Origin: an uncultured delta proteobacterium | GTDB taxonomy: Bacteria; Myxococcota; Myxococcia; Myxococcales; Myxococcaceae | Assembly: GCA_963713045.1 (NCBI GenBank) | Contig: CAVQKE010000003.1 | Span: 64,001-128,000 of the forward strand | Reading direction: 5' to 3' | DNA: 64,000 nt | Shown here: positions 1 to 11,831 of the stretch, piece by piece | How positions within the stretch are numbered: position 1 is the first letter of the stretch | Layout of the letters: each line of letters starts with the position of its first letter | The notes under the pieces: model-generated | Database searches by the model: none | The model's input: the letters and a program-made list of their open reading frames with translations, nothing else | What the model was told of the DNA's origin: nothing | Made by a program: the position numbers and the translations under genes

Positions 1-280
1 GACGCCGGGCCCCGACCTGTATTCGGCGGTGCCGAAAAGTTCCAGAAGGACCCGAACTGGCGGGACAACATACTCTTTTACGAATACTTCCACGGCGATA
101 ACGGCGCCGGGTCTGGGGCGCAGCCATCAGACCGGCTGGACCGGGCTTGGTGGCCAGGCTGATCCGGCTGTTCGGCCGGCTCGATCCCGATCAGTTCCTT
201 GCGGCCGGCAGAACGGCGGCGTTGACTCGCGAATCGACCCTGCCTCGTCGGGCTTAGCCCTGGAGCACGCAAGACTATAA
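1..280 (+). CDS. C-terminal fragment of an MGH1-like (GH63) glucosidase; partial, frameshifted
   Basis: Frame 1 reads [33 protein letters not shown], then shifts into GLG(A)SHQTGWTGL. This is the typical C-terminal signature of the family. Stop at 278-280. Confidence 0.8.
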   Translation, partial: TPGPDLYSAVPKSSRRTRTGGTTYSFTNTSTAITAPGLGRSHQTGWTGLGGQADPAVRPARSRSVPCGRQNGGVDSRIDPASSGLALEHARL

Positions 281-296
281 GCGCTCCACGACGTAT

Positions 297-640
297 CTAC
301 TTCGTCTTCGAGGCCCGATATCCCGCCTTGATGGCATCGTCCTCCGTCACGAATTTACCCTGCTTCGTGCCACCGTACCATTTGCCGCCTTTTTGATACA
401 CACCGGTTTCGGTGTTGACCCATACTTTGCCGCTCGCCTTGGCCGCCGCGATTTCAGACTCAGGGACAGTCTTGGCCGGCAGTGACGTCGCGGACTGGCG
501 GTCTGGCCTGTCTCGGTGGCTTTTTCCTCTTCTTCGCCGTGGACTTCGTGGTGTCGTCCGTCTGAAAAGCCCCGATTGACGGCGCTAACGTTAAAGCCGG
601 TTGCCGCGATTCAAGGCGTCAAAAGCTTTCGAATCCTCAT
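297..640 (-). CDS. Small, probably exported, Lys/Thr-rich hypothetical protein; frameshifted and missed by the ORF track
   Basis: ATG at 640 follows an AGGAGG RBS. The C-terminal frame reads AAAKASGKVWVNTETGVYQKGGKWYGGTKQGKFVTEDDAIKAGYRASKTK*. Confidence 0.65.
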
Positions 641-838
641 AGTCCCTCCTTCGCTCCAAGCCGCCTGAGGCCTGCTGACTCAAGAACATAGCTGAACCTG
701 ATCGGGCCGGAGGCCTGACCGGCTCCCGACTGCTGAGCGTTCGCATTTTGGCCCACGGATGCAACTTAGGGGTTACAGATTCGTACACGTCCAGCGAACG
801 GGGCTCGTCTTAGTTGCTTCGTACTAAAAATTAAATCA

Positions 839-1420
839 ATGATCCGACTTCAGCATCGCTTTTCCATTGCCCTTTTGGCAGCAGCGGTGGCGCTTCCCCT
901 GCGCCCCGCGGACATTCCTCCAGCAAGCATTCCGAATTCCTGCATTCCTAATTTCCACCGGGTAAACGATCATGTGTTTCGCGGCGGCCAGCCGCCTACC
1001 GAAGCCTGGGCCGATCTTGCGAAGCTCGGCGTCAAGCTGGTGATCGATTTACGGCGCGAAGACGAGCATTCCTCCGCCGCCGAGTCGCAGGCTGTTCAGG
1101 CCGCGGGCATGAATTACGTAAACTTCCCGATGAAAGGTGTGGTTGCACCGGCGAACGAACAGGTCGGCAAGATCCTGGCGCTCTTGAATTCTTCGGATGC
1201 CATTTTCATTCATTGCAAGCGCGGTGCAGACCGTACCGGCGTGATCGTCGTGCGTCATCGAGTTGAGCACGATCATTGGGATCGCAAAAGGGCTCTGGCG
1301 GAGGCCAAGTCCTTTGGCATGTCGTGGGACCAGTTCGGTTTGAAGAAATACGTCATGGGATTCCAGCCCGTGGCGGATCGCGTCGCCAGAGATTTTTCGA
1401 CGGTTGAGCAGTCACAGTAG
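839..1420 (+). CDS. Secreted protein-tyrosine/dual-specificity phosphatase-like protein
   Basis: Signal-peptide-like N-terminus, NFHRV..FRGGQP, VIDLR, and a Cx5R P-loop HCKRGADRTG. Confidence 0.85.
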   Translation: MIRLQHRFSIALLAAAVALPLRPADIPPASIPNSCIPNFHRVNDHVFRGGQPPTEAWADLAKLGVKLVIDLRREDEHSSAAESQAVQAAGMNYVNFPMKGVVAPANEQVGKILALLNSSDAIFIHCKRGADRTGVIVVRHRVEHDHWDRKRALAEAKSFGMSWDQFGLKKYVMGFQPVADRVARDFSTVEQSQ

Positions 1421-1618
1421 CTCGCCGCGAGACAGCCACCGTACGACTGGCCCGGTCTAGGTGTGCCCACCAGTTTCAGATCAGGGCGCTGACAGAGAAG
1501 TGAATTTCGCCGACGGCTTAAACTCCAGCCGCGGCTTTGGATTTTCCTCGCGGAGCAGAACGCGTTACGTGTGTCTAAACGCGTCCGAGCTCCAAGTTTT
1601 TTCGAAAGAGGTATTTAC

Positions 1619-3336
1619 ATGAGAATTGACAAATTGGGAAGGACAAGTTTTTCCGCCGTGCTTTTGTGGTTCGGGTTTTCGGCAATCTCCGTTGCCGGGA
1701 GCGAACCGCTGTATGGACCGCGGGCACGTTGCATCGCGTCGGGATGTCGGAGGCTCCGTTCCTGGCGGGACTCAGGTGAACCTGGCCGCCGCGCGAAATG
1801 GGTACGCGTCCTTTCAGGTGGTGGTCAACGGTGCGTCTGGCGGGCTGAACAATGTCAACGTGAAGGTCTCGGACTTGAAAGGCCTCGGAGATAAAGCTAT
1901 TCCGCAGTCCAGCTTCACGCTGTATCGCGAAAAGTACGTACTACGTCAGTGCGTCCAGCCCCAATTGGGAGGGCTCGAACAAGCCGCATGGGCCCGGCTG
2001 GTATGCCGATGCACTCATTCCCTTCACCGACCCCGAGACCGGCAAGCCGCTCTCGGGCGCGGCAACTCACGGCCGTGCCATTCGATCTAAAGTCCGGCGT
2101 GAACCAACCGATCTGGGTGGACCTGCTTGTGCCACAGAACGCCGCGGCGGCGAGCAGTACACGGGGACATACACGGTAACCAGCAATCAGGGCAGAGTCC
2201 ACCGGTCGAGATTTCTCTGACAGGTCTGGAATTTCAATCTGCCGACCGCTCCCGCGCTGAAGATCCTCATTCCTGTTCATCCAGCGCCGGGACGCTGGAA
2301 GCCAACAAGGAATTGCTGCGCAACAAGATTTCGCCGTCTGCGACGCCTGCCGTCCAGATGCCGCTCCTGAAAGGACGCGGGCTCAACGCCACCGATACCG
2401 GGCCGTTCAGCGGCGCCGACGTAGGCAACTGCAAAATGTCGCCGGCGCCTATGTCAACCAGTTCAAGCTCCGCGGCACAGCGGCGCAGCAACCAGGTGTG
2501 CTCTTGTACGACTACAGCGCCGATGAGATCGGCCATTGCTCCAACCTGTATCCGACGATCAAGCAGTGGGGCACAACATGCATCAGGCGGGCATCAAGAA
2601 TCTGATTTCCATGTCGCCGACTCCGGCGCTGTACAACGATGGTTCGGCAACAGGGCGTTCCGCCGTGGATATCTGGGTGCTTCTGCCGGTGATGTACAAC
2701 AATGCGAAAGGCGAGGTGACCCACGTGCTGAAAAAGGGCGATGAGGTCTGGTCCTACAACACCGCTGGTGCAGGATGCCTACTCTCCGAAATGGGAAATC
2801 GATTTCGATCCCGTCGATTTCCGTATCCAGCCCGGCTTCATCAGCCAGAGCCTCAACCTGACCGGCCTGCTCTACTGGCGGGTCGATCGCTGGGGTCGGA
2901 TCCCTGGAACAACGTAAACAACACCGGCGCCTTCAGCTCGGCCAACTATCCGGGCGAAGGGATGCTGGTGTACCCGGGCCAGCAGGTGGGCGTGCCGGGC
3001 GTGGTCGCTTCGATGCGTCTGAAGTGGCTGCGCGACGGAGTTGAGGACTACGATTACGCAGAAATCCTGAAGGGACTCGGAAAGGCGGACCTGGCGATGC
3101 AGATCGCGCGGTCGGTCGGGCCGGACTGGACACCGTGGACACGCGATCCGAAGGCCGTCGATGCTGCCCGGCAAATGTTGGGAGAAGCGATCGATCACCT
3201 TATGAGTCGGGGGACCGAGGAAAACACCAGTGCGGAAGGTCTGCCGGCGGAAAAGCTGGCTATTCGATCGCAGGCAAGTGATCGGTGGGTCGCGCCCACC
3301 AGACGTAGAAGGTGGGCAGCAGGAAAATGCTCATAA
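1619..3336 (+). CDS. DUF4091 (GH123-like) secreted glycoside-hydrolase-like protein; multiple frameshifts, true stop may be nearer 3200-3260
   Basis: GAGGT RBS and ATG at 1619. Fragments AARNGYASFQVVV, NQPIWVDLLVP and C-terminal GEGMLVYPG...SMRLKWLRDGVEDYDY. Confidence 0.75.
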
Positions 3337-6300
3337 TCAGATCCACGATCAGGCCGCCCACAATGACGATGGCGAACGGCCGCTGCGAATCCGAGCCGAT
3401 GGCGTGGGAGAGCGCGGCCGGCAGCAGGCCGAGCGTGGCCACCAGCATGGTCATCATGATGGGTCTGAGCCGCCGCACGGCGCCTTCGATGGCGGCATCT
3501 TCGATGGGATGGCCGCGCGCGCGCAACTGGTTGATGTACTCCACCATGATGACGCCGGTCTGAACCGAGACGCCGAACAGAGCCAGAAAGCCGACGCCCG
3601 ACGACACGCTGAAATGCGTGCCGGTGATGTACAGCGCCAGCAGTCCGCCGACGCGCGCCACGGCGACATTGACCAGATGCAGGCAGGCCCACTTGGCGGA
3701 GCCGAAAGCGCCGTAGATGATCAGGAAGATCAGAAAGACGGTCAGCGGCACGATGATCAGCAACGCGCCTCGGAGCGCTTCTGGCTCTCATACTCGCCCG
3801 CCCATTCGAGGCTGTAGCGGGGCGGCAGATTCACCTGCCTGCTTACTGCTTGCCATGGCCTCCTCCACTGTGCTGCCCAAGTCGCGGCCGCGCACGCTGT
3901 ACTTGATGGCGACGTAGCGCGAGTTGGCCTCGCGATAGAGCTGCGACGCGCCGTCCGCCATCTGGATTGTGCAAGCTGCGCCAGCGAAACCCGCTCGCCG
4001 GAAGGCGCCAGGAGGCGGATATTCTCGATGGCTTCCCTGGTATCGCGGTAGGCGGGCGAAGGTATCGCGCCACCAGATCGTAGCGCTGTTCGCCTTGCAG
4101 CACCTGGCTGACGGCGTTGCCGCCCACGGCGGTCTGGATGGCGTCCTGCACATCGGCGACGTTGATCTGGAAGCGGGCCGCGGCCTCGCGGTCCACGGTG
4201 AGGTTCAGGTTCGGCTGGCCGATCACGCGAAACAGGCCGAGGTCCGCGACTCCGCGGAATGGTCCGCATCACGTTGACGATCTCGTGCGCCTTTGTCTTC
4301 CAGCGTCTTGAGATCGTCGCCGTAAATCTTGATGGCAAGCTGTCCCTTGACGCCGCTGACGGCCTCTTCCATGTCGTCGGCGATCGGCTGCGAGAAGCCC
4401 CAGATTACGCCCGGGATCTTTTCCAGTTCGCCGATCCATGGCGGCGATCAGCGCTTCTTTGTTCTGATGGAATACGCGGCCGCCACTGCTCTTTGGGCTT
4501 CAGATCGACGAAGATATTCGGTGTTGAAGAAGCCGGCTGGTGTCGGTGCCGTCGTCCGGCCGGCCGACCTGCGAAACCACTTGCGTCACTTCCGGGAAGG
4601 AGGCGAAAGCGATGCGCGCGCGGTTCATCAGCACGGTGCCTTCGGTGGGGCCGGTGCTGGGCGCGGCGTACCGCGCACCCAGATGGCGCCTTCGTCGAGA
4701 TGCGGAAGAAACTCCGAGCCGATCACGCCGCTGGTCAGCAGATAGAGGCTGCAGCAGATGCGGCGACCGCCGCGCCGACCATCACCCAGCGATGATGCAC
4801 GGTCCAAGTGACAGCGCGCGCGATACCCCGCGGTGACCAGTCGAAGCACAGGGTTTTCCCATTCGCGAAGCTGCCTGCGGAACAGGAGCTCGCCAGCACG
4901 GGCGCGATCAAGCATCGAAAACAGCAGCGCGCCGAGCAGCGCGAACGCGACCGTCCAGGCCATGGGCCGGAAGAGCCGCCCTTCCACTCGCTGCAGCGTG
5001 AAGATGGGCAGGTACGCGGTGATGATGATCGTGATGGCGTAGAAGACCGGCCGCTGCACTTCGTGCGCGGCCTCGCGGATCCTGTCGCGCGATCGATTTA
5101 GCCGACGTTCTTCGCGACGGCACAGATGGCGGAGGATGTTTTCCACCATCACCACCGCGCCATCCACCACCATGCCGAAATCCAGCGCGCCCAGCGACAG
5201 CAGGTTGGCGGGGATTTGCCGAAGGTCGAGGCAGATGGAAGCGAACAGCAGCGAAAACGGAATGGTCAGCGCGACGATGAGCGCGCTGCGGAGATTGCCG
5301 AGGAACAGGAACAGAATGATCGGCGACCAGGATAAAGCCCTCGGTCAGGTTGTGCAGCACGGTGTGGGTGGTGTAGTGCACCAGGTCGCTGCGATCGAGA
5401 AACGGCACGATCTTCACGCCCGGCGGCAGGATGTGGTCGTTCAGCTCCTTGACTTTTCGTGGATCGCCTTCAGCGTGGGGTCCGCGTCGGCGCCTTTGCG
5501 CAAGCAGCACGATGCCTTCCACCACGTCGTCGTCGTCGATGATCTTGCCGTCCGCGCGCCGGATGGCTTTGCCGATCTGGCCCAGCCGGATCTTGGCGCC
5601 CTGCTCGACCGTGGCGATATCGCTGATGCGCAGCGGCGTTCCGTTCTGCGTCTTGAGGACAATCTTGCGGATGTCGTCCACGATTCCGAACCAGGCCGAC
5701 CGCGCGCACATTGACCTGCTGCAGTCCGGCCTCGACGAAGCTGCCGCCGCCATTGACGTTGTTGTTCGGCAAGCTGCTGCTTCCACCTGGCTCAGGCTGA
5801 GGCCGTAGGACACGAGCTTGTCGGGATCGATCCGCACCTGGTATTCGCGGGTGGTGCCGCCGAAGCTGGACACGTCCACTACGTCGGGCACCGACTTGAA
5901 CTGCTTCTCGAGCACCCAGTCCTCGAGCGACTTGAGCTCCATCAGGTCGTATTGCGGATTCGTGCTTTCGAGCGTGTACAAATAGATCTCGCCTACCGGG
6001 CTGAAGTCGGTCCCGATCTGCGGCTGCAGGCTGGCCGGCAGTTCGGCCTGCGACGAGCCGCTCCAGCACCTTCTGCCGGTTCCAGTCGTTGTCCGAATTC
6101 GTCGTCGAAAATCAGCATCAGGTTGGAAAGCCCGAACATGGAGATCGAGCGCAGATGCTCCAGGTGCGGGATGCCGTTCACGGCGATTTCGATCGGAATG
6201 GTGACTTGCTGTTCCACTTCTTCGGCGGCGCGTCCCGGCCACTGCGTGATGATCTGCACGTAGTTGTTGGCGACGTCGGGATAGGCTTCCACCGGCAGAT

Positions 6301-6399
6301 TGTGAAAGGAGATGACGCCCCAGATCAGCAGCAGCACGGCCGCCGCCAGAATCAGGAAGCCGGTTGTTGAGGGCAAAATCGACGATGGCTGCGAATCAT
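3260..6399 (-). CDS. CusA/CzcA-family heavy-metal efflux RND transporter; heavily frameshifted
   Basis: Fragments LPVEAYPDV, EVEQQVTIPIE, LGALDFGMVVDGAVVMVEN, EGRLFRPMAWTV, GSEFLPHLDEG, RLRPIMMT and QRPFAIVIVGG. Confidence 0.9.
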
Positions 6400-6409
6400 G
6401 TGGCTGTAC

Positions 6410-7579
6410 CTACTGTTCGAACGTGTTCTGCAAGTACCAGCGCGTTGGCGACCACGCGGTCGCCGGGCCGGATGCCCGATAGGATCTCCTGCTGGCCGGG
6501 CGGGATCATCTTGCCGCTGCGGACTTCCACGCGGCGGAACGTGTTGCGCGCCCTGCGGCACATAGACCCAATCGCGATCGTGCAGGTGCAGGATGGCGGA
6601 GGCGGGCACGGCGGCGTGCGTCTCGCGTCTGCTGGCCGTGAAACGTGGCCTGTGACGAACATGCCCAGGCGCATCATCCCCGGATTCTCCACTTCGATGC
6701 GGACCTTGGCGGTGCGGATATTGGGGTCGAGAATCGGCTCCGATATTGCTGATGCGCCCGCTTGAGGACGCTGCTCGGATAGGCGTTCAGACGAATCTCG
6801 GCGTACTCGCCGAGGTGCACGAACGCCAGATCGTTCTCATACACGTCGCAGAGATCCAGACGTGCGACAGGTCGGAAATGGTGAACGCATTGGGCGATGC
6901 CGAGAGCCTTGCATGCCGGACGCGGCCGTCACCTGCTGATCCGTGATCACGCCCGAAACCGGCGCTAGAACATCGACGATTCCGCGTCGGATGGTCCTTA
7001 TCGGCCCCGAGCACGCGAAGATGTTCGATGGTGGTTTCCAGGTCGACCTTGGCCTTCGTCCTCGGCGTCTCTGCGCGACTTCCAGATCCTTCTGGGCGAT
7101 AGCGCCTTTGTCGTACAGGGCCTTCGACGCGATCCAGTTGCGCTTCGCGAGAGCTTGTTCATCGGCCAGGGCCTGCCGGTAATCGGAAAAGGCGTGCGCG
7201 ATGTCGGCGCTTTGCACGCTTGCATCAGAAGTTGGCCCTTGGTCACGTCGTCGCCCAGGCGCGCGTCGGATCTCCACGACGCGGCCGGAGGCCAGCGAGA
7301 TCACCGGAACGTTGCGCGAAACATCGGCGCTGACCACGCCGGTGACGTTCAGTTCGGGCGACTTGGTCGTGCCGTCGCGGCGGTGGCCACCGGGAACTGC
7401 TCCGGGCTGATCCACCTTCACGAGCGGTGCCGTCCTGTTCGATGCTCCACCTCGGCCGGCGGCGGCGTCCTCGGCGGAGGATCCTGGCGTCCGTCATTCT
7501 TGCTCGCGCAACCGCGCCAGCAGAATGGCGCAGCAGCAACAACGAGCAATCCGGCTCGAGATAAAACGATCTGCTTCAT
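6410..7579 (-). CDS. RND efflux periplasmic adaptor subunit (CzcB/CusB-like); frameshifted
   Basis: Lipoprotein-like N-terminus, VPVISLASGRVVEI, APVSGVI, DLSHVWI and MRLGMFVTG. Lies between TolC and the RND pump. Confidence 0.85.
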
Positions 7580-8842
7580 GGAATGACCTCGCGTCCCACC
7601 GCCAAATTCAATTGGCTCGCGGCGGTCAGATAGGCGCCCACCAGGTTCAGATAGCTCAGTTGGATGCCGCGATAATCCTGCTGCGCCTGCAGGAAATCGA
7701 GCAGCGACGCCCCGCCGTGCTGATAGGAAAACGAGATCGTCTCGCGCACGCGCACGGCTTGTTGCAGATAGTCGTCCTTGTACGGGCGCAGCAGGGTCAG
7801 GTTGCTCTGCGAGCGTGGCGTAGGCCGAATCGACGTCGCTGAATACTTGCGCCCGGGTGGCATCGCCCAGCCGCTCATTGCGCCCGATGTCGAGTTGCGT
7901 GCGCAGCCTTTTCGCCCTGATTGCGGTCGAAAATGCGCAGCGGAATGTCACACTGACGCCGAAGATAGACCGGGATCGGCGGATCGCGGGCAAGTCCAAC
8001 GCCGAACGTGGGATCGGTGGAGCCGTTGGCGACCGCCAGCCGGTGATCGGTCTCGGCCTTATCCACGGCCTGCACGCGGCTCGCAGGTCCGGCCGGGTGT
8101 CGAGAGCAGTCTGCCGGAATTCCTCCAGCGGGATGGAGATCTCGGTCGAAATCGAACGGCCCGGTGACGTCGAACTGCTCGACCGGCGTGCGGTCGTTCA
8201 GCAGCGCCAGAAACTGGATTTTCGCCGTGCGCAGGTTCACCAAGGCGGTCTGCACGTCGGTTTCGTACTGCACGCGCTGCAACTCCAGCCGGTCGAGATC
8301 CACCTGCGCAATATCGCCGGCCTTGAAGCGGTCGCGGCTGACGTCGAGCAGGCGGTCGTAATAGGCGAGGTTCTCGCGCGTGACGGCCAGCACGCCGCTT
8401 TCTGCTGCAGCACCTGCACAAAGGCGGTGCGCAGATCAAAGAGCAGATTGCGCTCCTGGTCGGCTTGCTGGGAGACCGCGATCGCGGTGCCTTCGCGAGC
8501 GTCCTCAAGCCGCAATTCCCGCTTGTGCAGGCGCTCATGCAGGTAGCTTCCCGCTATGAGCGGCAAAGTGTTGCTCAACGGCTGATAGGGATGGCCGGTG
8601 AAGGGGTTCAACTGATCGATGGAAACGGTTAGATCGGGGTTAGGACGAAGGAAGGCCGTGACCTCCTGGGCTCGCGATTCCTGAATTCCGATTTCGCCGG
8701 CCTGAAGAGTGGGATTGGAAGCCTTCAGCGCGCGCTTGGCGTCTTCCCAAGTCAACGTTGTCTGCGCGTACACTCCGGTTGTCAAGACAGCGGTTAGGAG
8801 AAGCTCCAGCGCCAGACGCGAACTGGTTGAGCGGATCCGCAT
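7576..8842 (-). CDS. TolC/CzcC-family outer-membrane efflux protein; frameshifted
   Basis: Signal peptide, LRPNP, RFKAGDIAQVDL, IPLRIFDRNQGE and YQHGGASLLDFLQAQ. 4-nt overlap with the adaptor gene. Confidence 0.88.
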
Positions 8843-8915
8843 GCGGGGCCTGTCCGCTCAGATGAGTTCGATGGTGACGCGGTGTAAAAAAATATCTCCA
8901 ACGGCCGCGTCCCGG

Positions 8916-10163
8916 TTACCCAGCGTGATCAGCCTGAAGTGCAGCCGGCCGCCTCTCCGCCCTGCGTCGGCGCCCGCCATTGCGAAACCAGCGTAACAGC
9001 TCGCAAACGTCCGCGATTGGCATCAGAAAAAAGGGCACTGGATCGTCAAGGGCGAAGCACGCCGATTCCTCGATGCCCCGCAGGGATCGCACCCAGTCTT
9101 TCATGCAGATCGCATTGTCACGCCACGAACGAAGTGCCGAGACCAGGTCAAAGTCCTCGACGATCCATTTGCGTCCTTCCGTGGCTTCTGAGCGGGGGAC
9201 AGCCTGGCCGGTCAAGTTCAGGTACAGCGCGCGAGCCGCATCCATGCCGTCGGAAGCCGATAGCAAGCGGAATGTGCAGCCAATGCGGGGATTAACATCC
9301 AATACTTTGTACTGCCCGTCGCGCTGGTCATAGCGGTAACCGATGTCGAGAATTCCGCGATATCCGATGGCCTGCATAAACGCGATGGTCGTCCGCTCTA
9401 CAGCTTTGTTCCGAAGACAGACTCCCAGACTGGTTACGCCGGTTTGCACTGGAAAGCGCCGCAGCTTCTTTCCGGTAACTCCGAAGAGGCATCGAGAGTC
9501 TCCATCGAAATACCCGTCGAACATCCAGTCCTCGCCGGGAATGAACTCTTGCAGCATGAGGCCGGAGCCATTCGGATGTTCCGCCTTGGCGTACAGATCC
9601 AGAAGCTCGCTGCGAGTCCGGACGACGAATTTCGTGCCGCCCAGGCGTGCGCGCAGGCGTTCGGCGTCGGTGGCTTTGACCATGATCGGAAAAACGGCCG
9701 TATCCAGGAACCGCTCAACATCCTGCCTGCACGTTGGGACGGTGGACTGGGCCGTGGGCACGCCGCTTTTTCGGGCGAGCTCCTGCATCCGGCTCTTGTC
9801 GCAGAGCGAACGAATCAGAGCTGCTTCCTGAGGCGGAAAGCAAAAAGCCTGACGCAACGTTTCTGCGTGATCGGCCACCCACATTGCGCCGTGATCCGTG
9901 GTGGGGATCAGAATCGGATGGCCACCGAGCTTCCGCCCGATCTCCAGCAATTGATCCACAGACCCGCAGTCCGGGTTGTCCTCAGCCTTGAGAACAAATC
10001 GGCCACGGCAGTATCGCGAGCTGAACGCTGGCTCCCAGCGGTCGGCGTCAACGCAAAACACCGGCACGCCGAGGCGGCCGAGACTGCGGACAATGCCCAG
10101 GCCACCGTGATGACCGGATCGGAAGACGACTACCGGCTTTGTGGCGCTCTTGAATTTGTTCAT
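8916..10163 (-). CDS. ATP-grasp carboxylate-amine ligase (D-aspartate-ligase-like)
   Basis: GLGIVRSLGRLGVPV, LIPTTD, DKSRM, FPIMVKA, MLQEFIPG and YKVLDVNPR. Confidence 0.85.
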   Translation of the reverse strand: MNKFKSATKPVVVFRSGHHGGLGIVRSLGRLGVPVFCVDADRWEPAFSSRYCRGRFVLKAEDNPDCGSVDQLLEIGRKLGGHPILIPTTDHGAMWVADHAETLRQAFCFPPQEAALIRSLCDKSRMQELARKSGVPTAQSTVPTCRQDVERFLDTAVFPIMVKATDAERLRARLGGTKFVVRTRSELLDLYAKAEHPNGSGLMLQEFIPGEDWMFDGYFDGDSRCLFGVTGKKLRRFPVQTGVTSLGVCLRNKAVERTTIAFMQAIGYRGILDIGYRYDQRDGQYKVLDVNPRIGCTFRLLSASDGMDAARALYLNLTGQAVPRSEATEGRKWIVEDFDLVSALRSWRDNAICMKDWVRSLRGIEESACFALDDPVPFFLMPIADVCELLRWFRNGGRRRRAERRPAALQADHAG

Positions 10164-10190
10164 TGAGAAAACTCGCGCGCTGCGCCGCAG

Positions 10191-10943
10191 TCAGGTTTGG
10201 AGTGCGTCCGCTGCTACAGGTTGCAGCGCACGGTCCGCGGCAAGCATTTTCACTTCGCCATGGCGAACCGCGAAGACCGCTTGGAGATCGTCGATGTGGG
10301 CGAGAATAAAATCTAAGTCGTTCAGACGGCCGGTCCGTTTCAGGAAATCGACGCTACGGCTGCAAAGACACGCGTCCGGGGTTGCGTCGCGCCAGCGGTC
10401 CGCGACGGTTTGGGTCTGGCGATTCTCGGCCAAGTATCCTTTGCGCATGAGCCCCGCGGCGATCCAGGCGCAACAGATCTGGTCCTCCTCGCGAAACTCG
10501 CCCTTACTGCCGGCGCCAACAACCGCTACGCGAGGGTGACGAATACTCAAATAGCCGGGAAGCGCGGAGTAATTGCGATAGCAACCCAAGTAGACGGCTT
10601 CACATCCGATCGCTTCGTGGATGGCTCTGGTTCCCGAGGATGAAACGAGAACCAGAGGACGATAAGTGTCACTGCGGCTCGCCATCTGTGCCGGACTGTT
10701 GTCCATTTCGAATCCAGGAAGAAGCTCGCCGCTGGACTCGCCGGCAAGCAAGGGCGTGTCGATGTATCGCGCTAGAGATCGAGCAGCTTCCACGCTGGGA
10801 GCCGGAAAACAGCGGCGTCCGGAAACAACCGCCGTGATCGCGGTTGTGGTGGCTCGAATGACATCCACCACGACAACTGCCCAACCCGGACGATAACGGC
10901 AGACGCTCTCAGGCAAATAGTCGATGACAACTCTTCTTTTCAT
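10191..10943 (-). CDS. comB: 2-phosphosulfolactate phosphatase (ComB family)
   Basis: VVVDVIRATTT, LAGE, NSP, SSSGTRAI and EEDQIC motifs. Directly downstream of comA. Confidence 0.85.
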   Translation of the reverse strand: MKRRVVIDYLPESVCRYRPGWAVVVVDVIRATTTAITAVVSGRRCFPAPSVEAARSLARYIDTPLLAGESSGELLPGFEMDNSPAQMASRSDTYRPLVLVSSSGTRAIHEAIGCEAVYLGCYRNYSALPGYLSIRHPRVAVVGAGSKGEFREEDQICCAWIAAGLMRKGYLAENRQTQTVADRWRDATPDACLCSRSVDFLKRTGRLNDLDFILAHIDDLQAVFAVRHGEVKMLAADRALQPVAADALQT

Positions 10944-10956
10944 CGGAGCTCCTCGA

Positions 10957-11781
10957 TCAAGAGACGAGAACGGCCGGAGGCGACACAATCGCCGGGCGGA
11001 GATTCTCTTTGGAGAACGCGTCGGAATGCAATCCGCGCCTGTAGATCTCGACTCGCAGCATCTCCTCGAGCCTGACGTTACACAGCTTCACTTCGGGCCC
11101 GAAGTGATCGAGCAGCGCAAATTGACTGGGCTTATTGGGCGCCTCAAAGCTCACGACCTCCAGGCCGAATTCCTTGGCGAAGCGATCCGCAAGCTCCGCG
11201 CTGAAATCGCCGTTCTCGTCGAACAAGCCAACTCCTTTCGCGCTCTCACGCGCCTCCACCACTAATTCTTGGGCTCCCGCCTCCAACCAGCGGCAACCTT
11301 GCTCAATGAGCTTCGCCGTCGTGTCGGTGTTGAACGCGCCAGTGTGCTTCTTGCCGAGCTCGAACTGAACTTCGAGGCCTCTCGATCGCGTCATCTTGAG
11401 CACCTCCCGCGCGCTGAGCGGCATGTCCGTAAAACCCTCGCCACATTCGATGCGTGTGAAGCCAATGTCTGCGCACAGATCCAGGTAGGCGGGTAAGCGT
11501 TTTTGCGCCACGGCGATTTCAAACGGACCGCCGCCAGTTACGCTAGGCACGCCGTGCCGGGATGCAGAAGCGACCTTTTTGCGCGTAGCGTCTTCGTTTG
11601 CCACCATCCAGCAAGCCATGGATACCTTCAGGATCTGCATCAAGTGCGCACTCTGCTCCAAGTGGCTTTCCAGTGTGGCCGGATCATAACCGGGGTCAAA
11701 CGGACTGAGCAGCGGAGGCAAGTCTCGCACTCCGATGAGTTTCAAATAATCGCGGGTGTGATGATTGTTATTGGCTGTCAC
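10957..11781 (-). CDS. comA: Phosphosulfolactate synthase (ComA family)
   Basis: GGGPFE, IECGEGF, ELGKK (matching EVGKK with the catalytic Lys), VEARESA, FEAPNKPSQ and VEIYRRGL. Confidence 0.87.
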   Translation of the reverse strand: MTANNNHHTRDYLKLIGVRDLPPLLSPFDPGYDPATLESHLEQSAHLMQILKVSMACWMVANEDATRKKVASASRHGVPSVTGGGPFEIAVAQKRLPAYLDLCADIGFTRIECGEGFTDMPLSAREVLKMTRSRGLEVQFELGKKHTGAFNTDTTAKLIEQGCRWLEAGAQELVVEARESAKGVGLFDENGDFSAELADRFAKEFGLEVVSFEAPNKPSQFALLDHFGPEVKLCNVRLEEMLRVEIYRRGLHSDAFSKENLRPAIVSPPAVLVS

Positions 11782-11831
11782 GGCACTTTCCTTTCTTTGA
11801 GCGGCGGCGCAGGGTCTTAGACAGTAAAACC

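Noticed and set aside
749..763. Sigma-54 promoter TGGC...TGCA upstream of the phosphatase
   Set aside because: GG-to-GC spacing is 9 nt rather than the required 10.
839..1420. Wzb-type cognate phosphatase for the Wzc kinase
   Set aside because: It has a DSP-type rather than LMW-PTP motif position, carries a signal peptide, and lies outside the operon on the other strand.
10191..11781. Coenzyme M biosynthesis locus
   Set aside because: Only comA and comB are present. There is no comC/comDE or alkene/methane metabolism context, and the neighbours are polysaccharide genes.
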